A DNA stretch of 64,000 bases, from contig OZ024741.1 of NCBI GenBank assembly GCA_964016885.1, positions 200,570,001 to 200,634,000 on the forward strand, given 5' to 3'. Each line of letters starts with the position of its first letter. Within the stretch, counting starts at the first letter, position 1. Shown here one piece after another: positions 39,661 through 56,200 of the stretch. A program made the translations under genes and the position numbers. This stretch comes from Eledone cirrhosa (taxonomy: Eukaryota). The notes beneath the pieces are model-generated. The model was not told the DNA's origin, did no database searches, and saw only the letters and a program-made list of their open reading frames with translations.

Positions 39661-39727
39661 TATTTTATCTGATGAGGTCGTACTGTTGAACTTAACTCAG
39701 TACCTCTGAAATATGTATAATAAAATA
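39661..39727 (+). ncRNA. Type I hammerhead ribozyme motif
   Basis: tattttat-CTGATGA-ggtcgtactg...cagtacctct-GAAA-tatgta-TA-ataaaata; perfect 8-bp stem I. Confidence 0.8.
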
Positions 39728-40030
39728 TACTTGATCACAAGAATATCTATTTTGTTAATATTTTGAATTAATAGTAATAACTCTGGAAAACCATAACTGT
39801 TGAGTGCTTCCAATCTATTGTAAAACTCCTTCTTTGATTTATTCATTGAACGTTGTTTAACTTTTAAATATATATATATATATAATATATAAAGATACTA
39901 TTTATAGTTATGTATATACTATACTATAAACAACTATAAACAGGGAAGGTGAGTAATTATTACTACCTTATTACCAGTAAGATAAATAGATCACTGTAAG
40001 AACATCAGTTGTTTTACAGAGCAGTAATAT

Positions 40031-42923
<2,893 letters not shown>

Positions 42924-42931
42924 TATATATA

Positions 42932-42990
<59 letters not shown>

Positions 42991-43074
42991 CTACAATTGA
43001 TCCATTATATATATATATTTATATATATATATATATACATATATCTATGTATCTATGTATCTATGTAAATACAT

Positions 43075-43350
43075 ATTTATGTTAGGTTGTTTACCAATGA
43101 ATAGAACTGGTGATTCCGGTTTAATAAACGACGAAGCAGTAAATTAAACTACTCAACGTTATGCAAATCACCCATCGTAGATGTGGTATCCCGCAGCTGG
43201 TGCAGTAACGGAGTTATGTATTCATTATAAACAACAGAAGGCCGGATTGGACAATTTACTTCAGAATGTTAATTCTACAGAAACACTATACATATTTGGA
43301 TGGCTTTATCATCCGATCATAATGCAAGACTTGGGCGATTTCACCAGGTG
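43075..43350 (-). mobile_element. Diverged pLTR-like module related to 21120-21310, between (TA)n tracts
   Basis: Shared motifs taactccgt..gcacca, acgttgagta, accag.tctat.ca.tggt. Confidence 0.5.
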
Positions 43351-43356
43351 TTAATT

Positions 43357-43401
<45 letters not shown>

Positions 43402-43404
<3 letters not shown>

Positions 43405-43690
43405 CGAAGGAATTGTGGTAAGGAACCAGATGGACCAAAACGCACCAAAGTACTCAACACTTAGGGTAGTAGAGTGGGTAATAGGAACAAGTGTGACCCC
43501 ATATATATATATATATGGGGTCATACTTGTTCCTATTACCCACTCTACTACCCAAAGTATATATATATATATGGGGTCATACATGTTCTTATTACCCACT
43601 CTACTACCCTAAGTATATATATATATATATGGGGTCATACATGTTCTTATTACCCACTCTACTACCCTAAGTATATATATATATATATTA
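43402..43690. repeat. 100-bp module (also at 5677-5776) followed by three reversed copies of its last ~40 nt, separated by (TA)n
   Basis: ggggtcatac(t/a)tgttc(c/t)tattacccactctactaccc repeated at ~43517, 43573 and 43631. Confidence 0.9.
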
Positions 43691-44196
43691 GTAAACGGAA
43701 TAGAAAATGCTGACAAATTGTTCACAGTGAAAAATAGTTTAATTAGGAATAAGTGATAATTAGTAATAGTAATTGGTTAGTATTAAGTTTTGGTTTTAAG
43801 TTTTACCGGTTGCGCATTTCTAATGCTTTTCAAAAATAATTTTGAGATAGAGCGTCCGTGATGTTTGCTCTGATCTGATTAGTTTTGGGAATTCTACCTG
43901 TTTTTATGTTAAAAAAGTGGCTCCAGCGGTATTAAAATAAGTTTTGCGCCAATTCGTGTTGCAAAAATTCTTGTGGTCAAAACAATTTTGATTGGTCGGT
44001 AGAGGTCATGTTAATGTAAAAAATTGATTTTGCGCCAAATGTAGGTTTGTGTTGGCTGACTGAGAAATAAGTCTTTCACAACAAATATGTGTGTTTGTGT
44101 GTGTAGTAGTAGTAAAGAGGTTCGTTGTTGTGATAATGGTCAGCAGGGATGTGTGTGCGAACCGGAGCCTGTTGACAGTTCAAATGCCTATTAAGA

Positions 44197-44235
<39 letters not shown>

Positions 44236-44343
44236 CAGAGTAATTCGTGGTAGAGGGATGGTCAGTATGAGTGTGTCTGTAAGTGTGTGGGGGATATTTT
44301 AACATGTTAAAAGATATTTTTTCAGCTCTTGTCTTATACGGAG

Positions 44344-44381
<38 letters not shown>

Positions 44382-44624
44382 TTGTGTGTGTGTGTATGTC
44401 TCTTTGTATGTTAATGTACGCGTGTGTATGTGTGTGTGTATATATGTGTGTGTGTGTGTGTGTGAGAATGTATGTGTGTGTGGGTGGATTAGTATTTATT
44501 TCTGTTAAAATGGTGTACATTATTCGATATTTTCAGTAAAATCGATTCTCTCAATAGAACATCAAAAACCTTAATAGTAAAAGGTGTGAAATGATATATA
44601 GTATTGGCATAATATCAAGGTGTG

Positions 44625-44935
44625 TGTGAGTGTGTCCAGATTGTACGTACTGCAAGGGGCATCCATTAGGCCTTGCCGTATTGGAATACCTGTGCACAAA
44701 TATGTATCTGGAGTGTGTCCAGAAATTGTATACCTGTGCAAAAATTGTACACATATATCTGGAGTGTGTCCAGAAATTGTATACCTGTGCACAAATTGTA
44801 CACATGTATCTGGAGTGTGTCCAGAAATTGTATACCTGTGCACAAATATGTATCTGGAGCGTGTCCAGATTGTACGTACTGCAAGGGGAATTCATTAGGC
44901 CTTGCCGTATTGGAATACCTGTGCACAAATATGTA
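44625..44935. repeat. Composite minisatellite (A-B-B-B-A, ~51-bp B unit) in the Penelope 3' UTR
   Basis: tggagtgtgtccagaaattgtatacctgtgcacaaa units flanked by duplicated gtgtccagattgtacgtactgcaagggg...ttggaatacc. Confidence 0.9.
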
Positions 44936-45147
44936 TGTGTCCATCAGTGTGCAATGCATGTGTGCGTTTATGTATGTGTGTGTGTCGGCACGTTTATATC
45001 TATAGACATCAAAAGTATGCAAATTTGTGTATATTTGTGTTGCACCATAGAACATGTGTGTTTACGTATGTCATTGTGTTTATATGTGGATAGAGATGTA
45101 TGCTGATGTAGGTATGTATGTTGACGTGTGTATGTTGTGGGTTCGTC

Positions 45148-46810
45148 TTAGGGAGAAGTGTTTAGACGGGGTCCGTATTTGTTAATAAAGTAAGATTCCT
45201 TGCTGATGCGCTGGGTGTGGGTGGCATTATCTTTAAATTTGTAGAGGGGAAAGATTCTGAAGTTGGGATGATTTTGGGCGGCACAGGTATCAATGTGTTC
45301 ACTCAGTGGTATTTTCCTGTATTCCCGTATTTTAATTTGGGATTTATGGACAGTCATGCGTTGGCGGAGGCTGTTTTTGGTCTGGCCTATGTATTGTTCT
45401 CGACAACCTGAGCAAGTTAATACATATATTAGATTTTCTGATGCGCATGTGAAATTGTGTTTTACTATAAAACGTTGTCCTTCTTTGAAATAGAATTCCG
45501 AACCCTCTATTAGGTTGATGCATATGCCACAGTTGGGTCTATCGCATTTTTTTTACTGTGGGTTTCGTTGTTGTGGTTGGCAATACTTTGGCATGTGTTA
45601 GGATGTTTTTCATTGACTTAGATTGTCCTTTGCTCTTTATGATATCGTGTGTTCGTAGGATTTGGTTCATTCTATGGTCCTTTTTCAACACAGGGATGTT
45701 CTGGAGGATGGTGTCAAAGGCCTCATTGTTGAGGGGGTTGTGTGTGGAGATGTATGGAAGAGCTTTTAGTTTCGGTTGATTTACTTTAGGGTGTCTAAGG
45801 TCCTGGGTACTGAGTTTTAGGGCACGTTGGATTCCATTGTCAATTAGTGATGCAGGGTAGTCCCTGCCTATGAGTGTGTCCTTTAGTTCTTGTAGCCGTA
45901 AGTTGCAGTGTTTTTATTGGAGACTATAGTACAGATTCTCTTGGCTAAGTTGTAGGGAATATTAATTTTAACGTGTCTAGGGTGGCAAGAGTTGAAAGGA
46001 AGATATTGCTTGGAGTCTGTGGGCTTGTAGTATATGTCTGTTTCTATTTTTTTGTTATGGATCTTAATGAGGATGTCGAGGAAGGGGAGTTGTTGATGGC
46101 TGTATTCCATCGTGAAGTTAATATTCGTGTTGAGCCCATTTATAAGGGTGTGAAATTCTTTAAGTTTCTCGATGTTTTCGTGCCAAAGGATGAAGCAGTC
46201 ATCTAGATATCGCTTCCAGTTCCTTTCTATGTGTAAGTGGAGAGTGTTTCCAAATTTATTTAGGACTTTAGTGTAGAGGGTGATTTCCAGGTATCCCATG
46301 ACTACGTTGGCATAAATGGGGGCTGTTTTCGTTCCCATAGCGGTCCCAGGTTTGTTATTGAAAATGAAGTAATTGTTCTCCAAGATAAATTTGAGTCCCT
46401 CTATCACGAATTCTTTTTTGATGCGTTGTGGGAGTTCATTGTGGTAATTATCCAGCCAGAATTGGATAGCTTCTATTCCTAGGTTGTGGGGGATGTTGGA
46501 GTATAGGTTGACTACATCGAACGTCACTAGTAGGGTTTGTTCAGAAAGTGGCATATTAGGGAGGTGATTGAGCATATCTAGGTCGTCCCTTATATAGCTT
46601 TTGATGTGTTTGAGAAAAGGCTTGAGAAGGGTATCAATGAAGTTGCTGAGGCGGTGGGTTTCGCAAACGGGGCCTGCTATTATAGGTCTTAATTTGAGAT
46701 CATTGGGTGAGGGGACATTGATGACTATGTCTGTGGCTTCCTTGCATGCCTTACTTATTAATTCGCTTTTATGTACTTTAGGGATACCGTAGAAAAGGGT
46801 GGATTTACTT
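45148..46810 (-). pseudogene. Penelope-like retroelement, 5'-truncated RT + GIY-YIG endonuclease
   Basis: FYGIPKVHK, LRPIIAG, VTFDVVNLYSNIPH, GTAMGT, WKRYLDDCF, LPFLD, YYKPTD..YL..SCHP; then NLIYVLTCSGCREQYIGQTK..LRQRM..H; frameshift near 45890. Confidence 0.92.
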
Positions 46811-46859
46811 GTGAATTCATCCGCCAAAACTAAGGGTTGCTCCCCTTGTCGAGCCCCAC

Positions 46860-46918
<59 letters not shown>

Positions 46919-46964
46919 TATATATACAGTTGAAAATTGCGAACTTGACTGTCACCACAGAATA

Positions 46965-47003
46965 TGAACCTGAAGATTGTGAAAGCATGAAAGTACTTGT
47001 TCA
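46965..47003 (+). ncRNA. Minimal type I hammerhead ribozyme motif
   Basis: tgaac-CTGAAGA-ttgtgaaagcat-GAAAG-ta-CTT-gttca; palindromic aagtactt. Confidence 0.75.
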
Positions 47004-47133
47004 ATTAACACTTAACATTTAATATTCTACCATACTATTTCATTCTAATACCATTATAAATTTTAAAGGATTGTAAATAAAACGAGTAATTCAGACAAAG
47101 TTGGAATTCCTTTTATTAATATATACATATATA

Positions 47134-47209
<76 letters not shown>

Positions 47210-47210
<1 letters not shown>

Positions 47211-48148
47211 CGTGGGGCTTGACAAGAGAAGCAAACCTTAATTTTGACGGATGAATTCAGTATGTGTGTTATTATTGCAGAATTGCAAAATATCACAAAA
47301 CGAATTAAGTTCTCAACACAATGGTTACAAAATTAACAAAAGCGATTCATCAGTCAATAGAATTAATTTAAAAAAATCAAGAATATTAACTGGTCAATAG
47401 CTAGACTTTGGAGATTAATACAAATAAAAATTTGCGAGAATCGTATTTCGGCTATTGAAAATTAACGAAAAATAACTTCCGAGATGTGTGGCAAGCGCGC
47501 CATAGAAGCTAGTGAACTAGAGCTACAACATAAGTTAAAAGGCCAAACACACTGAGACGATGGTTAAACCATTATCCGCACAGCCATAGAAACAACCAAG
47601 TAATTCGGGGCAAACAATTAAAATATGATTGAAAATTATACCCGGACCCCAGGAAGGTTGGTAAAATCCAGCATTTGGGTTTCTTCAACTCCTAAATCAA
47701 GTACTGTCTGCTTAGACAAATAATTGTTTCTACTTTTGGCACAAAGCCAGCAATTACCCAGTACATTACTGGTACTTTATTTTATCGACCCCGTAAGGAT
47801 GAAAGGCAAAGTTAACCTCGGCGGGATTTGAACTCAGACCGTAAAGGGACATAACTATGCTGGAAAGCATAGCGTCCGACTCTCTACCGATACTGCCAGT
47901 CCACCGCTTAGACAAATAATGTTAAGCTTTTGGTAAGATGATCGAACAAGGAAGTCACTTTCTCAACAGGCTTTTAGTTCAAGGGCCAGCGATGGACTGA
48001 CCGTTATCAAAACCTACGTGGGGCTCGACAAGGGAAGCAACCCTTAGTTTTGGCGGATGAATTCAGTATGTGTGTTATTATTGCAGAATTGCAAAATATC
48101 ACAAAACGAATTAAGTTCTCAACAGAATGGTTATAAAATTAACAAAAA
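47210..48148. repeat. ~132-bp direct repeats (47210-47341, 48017-48148) plus inverted 50-bp copy at 46812-46861 fused to the Penelope 5' truncation point
   Basis: acgtggggct(c/t)gacaag...cggatgaattc motif in three places. Confidence 0.85.
47725..47905 (-). mobile_element. Full-length SINE, 15-bp TSD
   Basis: TSD gcttagacaaataat at 47710-47724 and 47906-47920. Confidence 0.9.
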
Positions 48149-48172
48149 TTAACATAATAAAAAAAACCGCTC

Positions 48173-48265
<93 letters not shown>

Positions 48266-48433
48266 TATATTAGAATTGGTGCTCTGAAATAGCGATATAT
48301 ATAAGTATATACACGTACATACATATACGTATACAGACGTACAGTAGCATGTATATATATATATACATACATGCACACATATATATATATGTACGTATGG
48401 ATTCACTGAACATTTATTATAATGCTCGGTGTG

Positions 48434-48658
48434 TTTGTAAACAAACATCCCGTATTAAGCCGTAGTGTCCAGCAACCATCGTTGCTCGTTTGTTCAACAC
48501 TGACAAAGGAACGCTGTACTAGTTTCAAGCTTATTAGCTATCGTCAGCAACGTATACCTTCCTGCCAGATTGTTGAACGTATATACTTACCTTATTTTTA
48601 TTAACGGCAACGATGGTTGCTGAACACTACGGCTTAATACGGGATGTTTGTTTACAAA
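48434..48658. repeat. 52-bp inverted repeat with ~120-bp spacer
   Basis: tttgtaaacaaacatcccgtattaagccgtagtgt(c)cagcaaccatcgttgc and its reverse complement. Confidence 0.85.
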
Positions 48659-49031
48659 GTTGGATTACTTTGAATAAATAATGAATGAATATTACATAAT
48701 TTATCTACTAAATTTCGTTATTCTTTATTAAATATAAATAATTTTGTCGCTTATTTTAAGATTCACTTCTTTAAAATCTTCAAATGTCAACACTTCCGGT
48801 TCGCGATCGCTTAAATAAACAGTCATATATTTCCGTCAATGGATTACGTTACTGATTACATAAGACAGTGTAACGCAGTCTTCGTTCAATTTCTGTGTAT
48901 ATTGTCAATTACGATTTTATTTGATGTATCATATATACATGTATATATACTTGCGTATAATATCAATATACACACTACACATGCTAGCAGAAAACCATCC
49001 GAACGGTGGTTTTTCTGCTAGTATATATAAT

Positions 49032-49217
49032 TGTTTCTACTTTTGGCACCAGGCCAGCAATTATCCCAGTGCATTACTGGTACTTTATTTTATCGCCCCG
49101 TAAGGATGAAAGGCAAAGTCAACCTCGGCGGGATTTGAACTCAGATCGTAAAGGGACGTAACTCTATTCTTCAAAGCATGGCACCCGACCCTCTACCGAT
49201 ACTGCCAATCCACCGCC
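49032..49217 (-). mobile_element. Full-length SINE, 17-bp TSD
   Basis: TSD ctg(c/t)tagtatatataat at 49015-49031 and 49218-49234. Confidence 0.9.
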
Positions 49218-49692
49218 CTGTTAGTATATATAATGATATATTAATATTAATGATAATTATTGGCTGATATGTTTAAATGGTTTCTAAAACATTATAAGAG
49301 ATATACACTTCCTTTCTTCCTCTCTCTCTCATTATTCCTCTCTCCCTCCTCTGACGTCTTTCCCCGGGTTTATTTCCTATCTACTTCAAAACTTATAACA
49401 ACTAGTTATTTAAGATTGAGATTAGTTTTCAACAGATTCTTCCTCCTCATTGTTGCTTACACCTGTGATGATCGAGCAAAGACCGGTGTTTCCCGAGAAT
49501 ATTGACTGTATACAAGGCAGTGTTTATTTAAACAAATAGCAAGCTGCTCTTCCTTTTGTGTGTTTATCACTTAACGTTTGTATGATGGTGACAATTGTGA
49601 AGAGAAGGAGCAGCCTAAGAGGAAGGAGGGTGATGTGAAGGGAGATAGGTAAGGAGTGAAGGGGACGGAATTAAACTGACATAGATGTCAGT

Positions 49693-49750
49693 GAAGAAGA
49701 AGAAGAAGAAGAAGAAGAAGAAGAAGAAGAAGAAGAAGAAGAAGAAGAAA
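49693..49750. repeat. (GAA)n microsatellite
   Basis: Direct run. Confidence 0.95.
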
Positions 49751-50105
49751 GGAGGTGAGAATGACGACGTCTACGACAACAGTAAATGTAAGGCTCCGTA
49801 AGAAATCAAGCAAATGCCAAAAGGTAATATAAAATCAGATTTTATTGCCAAGTTACTGGAAATTAAATTCTCTTCAGTCCTCTTTCCTCTCTTCCTCCTT
49901 CGTCTAGTGGAGTTCAACAGAGCACGTATGAATCACAGCAGTGATTAGATCGAGGTAAATCTGATTCAATGGACCACTTGACAGCATCTTGGTTCTTTTC
50001 ACTGATTGAACTAAACAGAGCTAAATTTTACTCTTTGAAGTCAGCAGGCAACATCCTTTTTTATTTTTTATAACAGCCTTTTCTTTATTTTAACAACGCA
50101 CACAT

Positions 50106-50148
<43 letters not shown>

Positions 50149-51004
50149 AATACACACATCGACTGAGAAGGGAGAAGAAATGTAAAACAGAGAGAGAGAG
50201 AGAAAGAGAGGGAGAGCGAAAAAGAGAGAGAGAGAGAAAGGAGAAAGTGAGGGAAGAGAGAGTGCGCGGGAGTGAGAGAGAAAGAGAGACGAGGACGCGA
50301 TAAAGATGAGTGACAAACTTTTGACTTCAGAGCGACACGTAGCGTTCATCCTTAATGAGGTGTCACCTCTTATGTGTATGCATGCACGCAGACATACACA
50401 CACACACATATGCACATGCACACACACACACACATACGCACATATATATATATATACATACACACTCGTATAAACATGTATACATACATACACCTACACA
50501 CGCCGAAGCGAGGCTGCAATCAAGACAATGTTGTCGCAGATGTTTTACAGATGCTGTGACAGTAATTGCTCCGGTCATCTTTAAATTCCTTGTGACACGA
50601 ACTTTGATAGATTAACTGCATATATATAAAAGATTGCTTATGAAGCACCATAACAGTAAACTCTATTTTATATATTTATGTATTAACATTTCTCAGCTTA
50701 ACTGTCCGTAGGAGAATAGAGAACACAATCGAAGTTGTTATATTGTGTCCATAAACAGCAAATTTATTGTTTATTTTGCAAAAGTTGGTTAAAAGTTAAC
50801 TTGCTGACAATTGCGTGCAGTCATCAGTCATGTTCTGTTATTTAAATGTGGGAAATAGATATTCAACTAGTCGGCTCAAGGTAGTAGTAGTAGAAAAGAT
50901 CTGTTTTCACTTGAGTATATTACTGGTACACAGTCTATTTCTTTAAGATATTTAGGTATAAAATCAGATTTGATTTCCAAGTTACTGGAAAGGACATTAC
51001 TTGA

Positions 51005-51650
51005 AAATCATGCCCATCTACAAAAAAAAAAAAAGGCTACGAAAATTCTTCTTCTTGCTTGCTTGTTAAAAGGCACATGGTGAAGTTCTCGTACCCCACC
51101 ATGCGCAACTTAGCCCGACACATGGCTAGAATCAATATTAATAGGCTTACGACCTTTAAACAGGCACCAACTGATTCTCTGGACACCAAGCAGAGTCCGG
51201 ATGAGGAGAGTATTAGGCCGAAACTGACCCGGATGACACAAATTTACTCAGGGACCCAAGCAAGTCACAGGGGCTGGCCGCTTCAGCCTAACCTCAGGAC
51301 ACCCTGCAGTAAATACACAGGTGTCGACCACATCCTGTAACCCGTCTCATATCAACTTAACCACAAATTCCTGGTGAAAAAATCTAGTTTACCAGTCCAG
51401 GGTAACTACACCCAACTCGACGTATATATACAAAAGAACAACGTCAACTAGCTTCACAGACAGATGGTTTTTAATCACCCTTTAGGGAGATGCCCCCAGA
51501 CAGAGGTGGGTCTGGCATTTGCAGCCCCTGTCTGGGTGAGACCCTTGAGATACTCGGGGAGGTGGGGGGGGGGGGGTGTCAAATAATTAATCGTAGAGCC
51601 AATGTTTTTGGTACTCGTCGACACCTAAGGATGGGAACTTTCCTCAAGTC
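51005..51650 (+). pseudogene. Decayed Penelope-like element (different clade), thumb/linker and GIY-YIG remnants
   Basis: HMVKFSYPTMRNLARHMARIN; later LN.K.LVK, VYQSRVTT, TSFTDRW.NH traces. Confidence 0.6.
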
Positions 51651-52267
51651 ATATAGCTAGAAACCCTGCCACATAGAGGTCCCAGATATACCACCCCCGC
51701 CTACTGTTCTTATCTTACTTTGTCTCCATTAATCTATAAACGTATCCTATGGTCACACTAACTAATCATGGTAGGACTCATGCCTTGCATTTCCTTGTAT
51801 TTCTCCTTTTCCTCACTTCCTCAATTGCTAATATAACTGTATTATGTTTTTTGGCGTATTTTATATCTCTGTACCACTATCAACTTTGTAAGGCATATTA
51901 TGCATTGGCAGAGTCCAATCGTGGGACTTTCCGCACATCCCACATTTTTGCTTTCAAGGTTTTTTTCTTCTTTGCCCTTTGTTTCTACTTCTGTACCATT
52001 TATTTTACGCGTGTGATGTGACATATTCCTTGTTTACATAATGGATGGCCATCTATCTCCAACCTCATTTTTACTTTACCTTTATTTCATTCATATATGT
52101 CAACACTAACTGTGATAAGTAAATTACAAGTGCAATTGTTAATATAGATTAGCATGCACATGTTATTTTCATTCTTCTAAAGGACGTATATATATATATT
52201 TGTAATTTTCTCTAACATCCCAATACGGCTAAAAGTGATACAAACAAAATTTTAGACTATAAGTTCT

Positions 52268-53190
52268 TTTATTATTATTTTCTTGGAGTCTCAGTCATTG
52301 ATATTATTTAACTGGAAAGGGTGGTGGATTGGCAGTATCAGTAGATGGTCGGACGCCATGCTTTCCAGCATAGTTACGTCCCTTTACGATCTGAGTTCAA
52401 ATCCCGCCGAGGTTGACTTTGCCTTTCATCCTTACGGGTTCGATAAAATAAAGTACCAGTAATGCACTGGGTAATTGCTGGCCTTGTGCCTAAAGTAGAG
52501 ACAATTATTTAACTGGAAAGTTTGTTCAAATGAACATCAAGTCGCTACCTGCAGCCTCAGATATTCAGGACGTATCGGAGCGTTCTTGCTGTTCCCAGCA
52601 AGCATACCTTTTGAACTAATGTTCTTTGGACTAATGTTCTTTAACCATACTTGAAAACTCTTCGAGATAGTACCTAGTGCTCCTTGATCTCATGACAGTC
52701 CCAAATCTTTTTTAATTCTCACTTTAAATACTGGTATCGGTTAATTTTCTCCTTCTTCTTTTCTTGCACTCTTGTGTCAAAGGGGCAGGCTACATCTACA
52801 ATCAGGCATGATTTTATTTCCTTGTCAAAAACCACCCGGTCAGGCATATTCGTTCTAATTTTTTGTCAGTCTGTATCCTGAAATCCCATATCACCTCCAC
52901 TCGATCGGTTTCTATCACCGACTCTGGCTTATGCTCACACCACGTCTCGGAATGTGGTAAATTATTTAGTTTGTATAAATGCCAGTGAATCACCTTCCTA
53001 TCACATCATGTCTCCAGCCTTTATAGTGAATCTGAGCTAGGTGTTTACACTCGGATACGATGTGAGCCACAGTTTCCTCTCTTTCTCTCTACAGATCCTA
53101 CAGAGTGGATTAGCCCCTTCCTTGTCAATATGGTGCTTCACCCACTTCGTTCTGAAGGCTTGCTCCTGTGCAGCCAGTAGCAAGCCCACC
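52268..53190 (-). pseudogene. 3' part of an R4/Dong-like non-LTR element (CCHC finger + restriction-like endonuclease), (TAA)n tail
   Basis: AAQEQAFRT, ETVAHIVSECKHLAQ.HYK.RHD, IWDFRIQTD, PDRVVFDK..CLIVDVACPFD, GALGTI, LLGTARTLR. Confidence 0.8.
52320..52503 (+). mobile_element. Full-length SINE, 17-bp TSD, in the 3' UTR of the R4-like element
   Basis: TSD attatttaactggaaag at 52303-52319 and 52504-52520. Confidence 0.9.
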
Positions 53191-53237
53191 AGCTTTGAGT
53201 CTGCTGGGTGACAGCGTCTTAAACGTTGGAATCAAAA

Positions 53238-53259
<22 letters not shown>

Positions 53260-53268
<9 letters not shown>

Positions 53269-56200
53269 CCAACACCAAACTTATGATTAATGTAAAGAAT
53301 AACAGCACAACAGATAGCAACAAAAATAACAACACCAACGGCGATAAAGGCAACACCACTATCAACAACAACATAAACAAAAACAACAGCGAAAACAACA
53401 GCGAAAACAACAGCAAAAAGGCAACAATTGAAAATAACAACACCAACACCATCGGCAACAGCGACAACACCAACTGCACCAAGAACAACACAACCAACAC
53501 AACCTCCAACAACGAAAACAACAACAGCGGCACCAGGAATAAAACTGACACTAACTGAAACATCGTCAACAACAACACCAACAAAAAAGCAACAGTGAGA
53601 GCAGCAACAAAGTGAACAACAACAACAACACATTAACGACAGCGGCTGCTACTAAAAAAAAAAATTAACGTGAACATCACAGACAAGAGCAACAATTGTC
53701 CCAGGTGTGGAAATGAATTAACGCTGAAAATCCTGGGCCAACATAAACATTCTGGACGAAGCGATAACGGCAAAGTAAAGGAGAACTTTGCATTTTCGAT
53801 GTGTTTCGGTGCAGACAGGCAAGGCGGAGGTCGCCAGCCAGGTAGAAGTCGAGGCTGATTGAAATACATTAAAGATGACATTGGATACAAAGTAGAGGCC
53901 AGACAGTTCAGCACCATCTCGGTGTTGTTCAAAACCGAGGCCCTTGCTATTAAGCACTCCGTGGCCACCGGCAGAACGGAACGCATCATGATGTACCCGT
54001 CCTACATGGGCAAAAGAACAGTGAATGCCCGCATCACCAGGACTGAACATATGGTGGCTCCTGGGATGCGTGGTCAAGGAGGATAGCGACAGTACCCTTA
54101 TAGATGTCAGAAACACTGAAAGAGAAGACTGGTCCGGGATTGATATGGAGATTCTTCTCCAAATCAAACCAGAACAGCTAAATAACATCCCTGCCCATGT
54201 CCGCCTGCAGGGCGGGTCAACAATTCAGTTGATTACTGTGGGAAGAAGGCCACACTGCTTCGTCTGCAGCGAAGCAACGCATCTGCGAGCCTTCTGTCCT
54301 CAGCTCAAAAAAGCAGGGAGCAGTAAACCTCCTTTGCTGCCAATGCCAGTGTCGAGACGGAAAGCTCCACCAACTCTGACACCGGAAGTCCCACAAACAG
54401 CAACAACGAACCACCACCATCACCAAAACCAACCCAGGGTAAAAACAAGGAAGGCTCTCCTATTTCCCCTCCCCCGCAAAATATACACATGCACAAAAAC
54501 ATAAACGCACACACAGACACAGACTGACTTAAAGCCACAGACCCCTCATCTTCCAGTAGTAAAGATGAGGGGTAACCCAAATCCCCCCAAAGCAAAAAAG
54601 AAAACACACAACGAAAAAGTTTCCACAGAGCACAAAAACACCCGCAACAAAAAATGCAGACACCACAACAAACACAGACACACCCGAAACAACACCAACA
54701 AAACATCACTACCACAGTCACCAAACACAAACAACACACCAAAAAACAAAACAAAAAAAACTTCGTGCTCGTCAAAAGGGCCAACGAAAAATTGATGGCC
54801 CTTCTAGCATGAAGTGAAGAAATTCAAACACAAGGGGAGATTTTTTAATGGAACACATTTCGTGTACCAGAAGATTTGTTTCTGACGCGAATGTCACTTA
54901 ATGCCTACAAAGGAATTCGAGAGAGCTTTCCCCAGGACGTGGGAGCTCCAAACGTGAAACCCAATTCAAGACTTTTAAAGGGGTTCCCAAAAGAAACCCC
55001 ACAAAACTATGGATGTCGAACCACCCGACCTCCACAAGACCTCGAGAGGTAAGTAAACCTTTCCTCACTCTTTAAGCCCACGAACGTGGCCATATTAAAA
55101 GTAGGAGGTTTAAATGTTCGTGGCCTCGGGTCGCACAGGAAGCAGGATCACCTGCTCAACGACCTCAGGTCTCTAGAGACTGATGTAATTGCCATCAGCA
55201 AAACCGGATTTCCGACACGCGCGCACTAGCCCCCATTTTCGATGACTATCAGATCTTCGCATCTGTTAGTCGGCCGGGAATGGGAGATGGGGTGGTAGTG
55301 CTGTTTAGGAAAGACTTGGATCTCGAGGTAAGATCAATCTTCCGGAACCCGGGCAATTAGTTGGTGGACCTGGACGTTAACAATAGCGAAGATGGACCTT
55401 TAGACTGGTAACCGTCTACGCTCCTGACGAGGCAGGACGGCCGAACTTCTTTAGGCGCCTGGAAGCCTTTCTGGGTACGTCTCGCCCATTACTGTTAGCA
55501 GGGGACTGGAACGTCATCTTAGACGCGCGCTGGCATTATGTGGGAGTAGCTTATAAGAGCGGAGGGTGGGTGCAAAAGCCTCAAGTACCTGATCAGCCAG
55601 TTCCAAATGTCTGACAGGTATCGACTAGATTTCCCTAATGCGCCAGTGTGGCCCTGGACCAACCGCATAGGATCATTTAGATCATATATAGACAGGATTC
55701 TCATTAGCACAATAGAGAGGAATAGTGTAGGCTGTCGAATTTTTAAAACAGTCGCCTATTCAGATCACACATTTGTGATCTGTATGGTCTAATGGAAGCT
55801 GAACATGGCATTTCCGGCACGTAAGGCTTACAGGGACCAGATCAACAATTTAGTTAAACAAAAGTTGACAGGGGAAGTCGCCAACAGGTAGTTGGGGGCT
55901 CTCAAAAGAGATTAGAGTAATTTCGATAGGGTTTAGCAAAGAAGTAGCGTTAGAAAAAATAGAAAGGAGGGGGAGCTGGTAGCTAAATTAGACAAGGCCA
56001 TTTGTAATGACATTGCAATTGACGTGCTAGCAGCGAGAATGGATATTAGACAATTTCTTCAATGCGAAACACGAAGGTTGCATTGTCAGAGCTAAGTCGA
56101 GTGTTCTGAGAAACGAGGGAACCAAAGCTGTTCAATGGGCCCCCGTGGCAGAGGCGCAGTGTGGTAACAAAACCACAATTCGGTCTTTGACGGACCGAAT

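Noticed and set aside
43500-43690. CRISPR-like regularly spaced repeats
   Set aside because: Spacers are only (TA)n, the context is eukaryotic, and there are no cas genes
44625-44935. Repeat-protein ORFs in several frames
   Set aside because: Minisatellite in a retroelement UTR, open on both strands by chance
45883-47004. 373-aa ORF as an intact gene
   Set aside because: Its N-terminus runs through (TA)n and repeat sequence; the RT is 5'-truncated and frameshifted before the endonuclease
53226-53633. Asn/Thr-rich ORF
   Set aside because: Degenerate (AAC)n low-complexity leader of the Tx1-like element; poly-C-derived start
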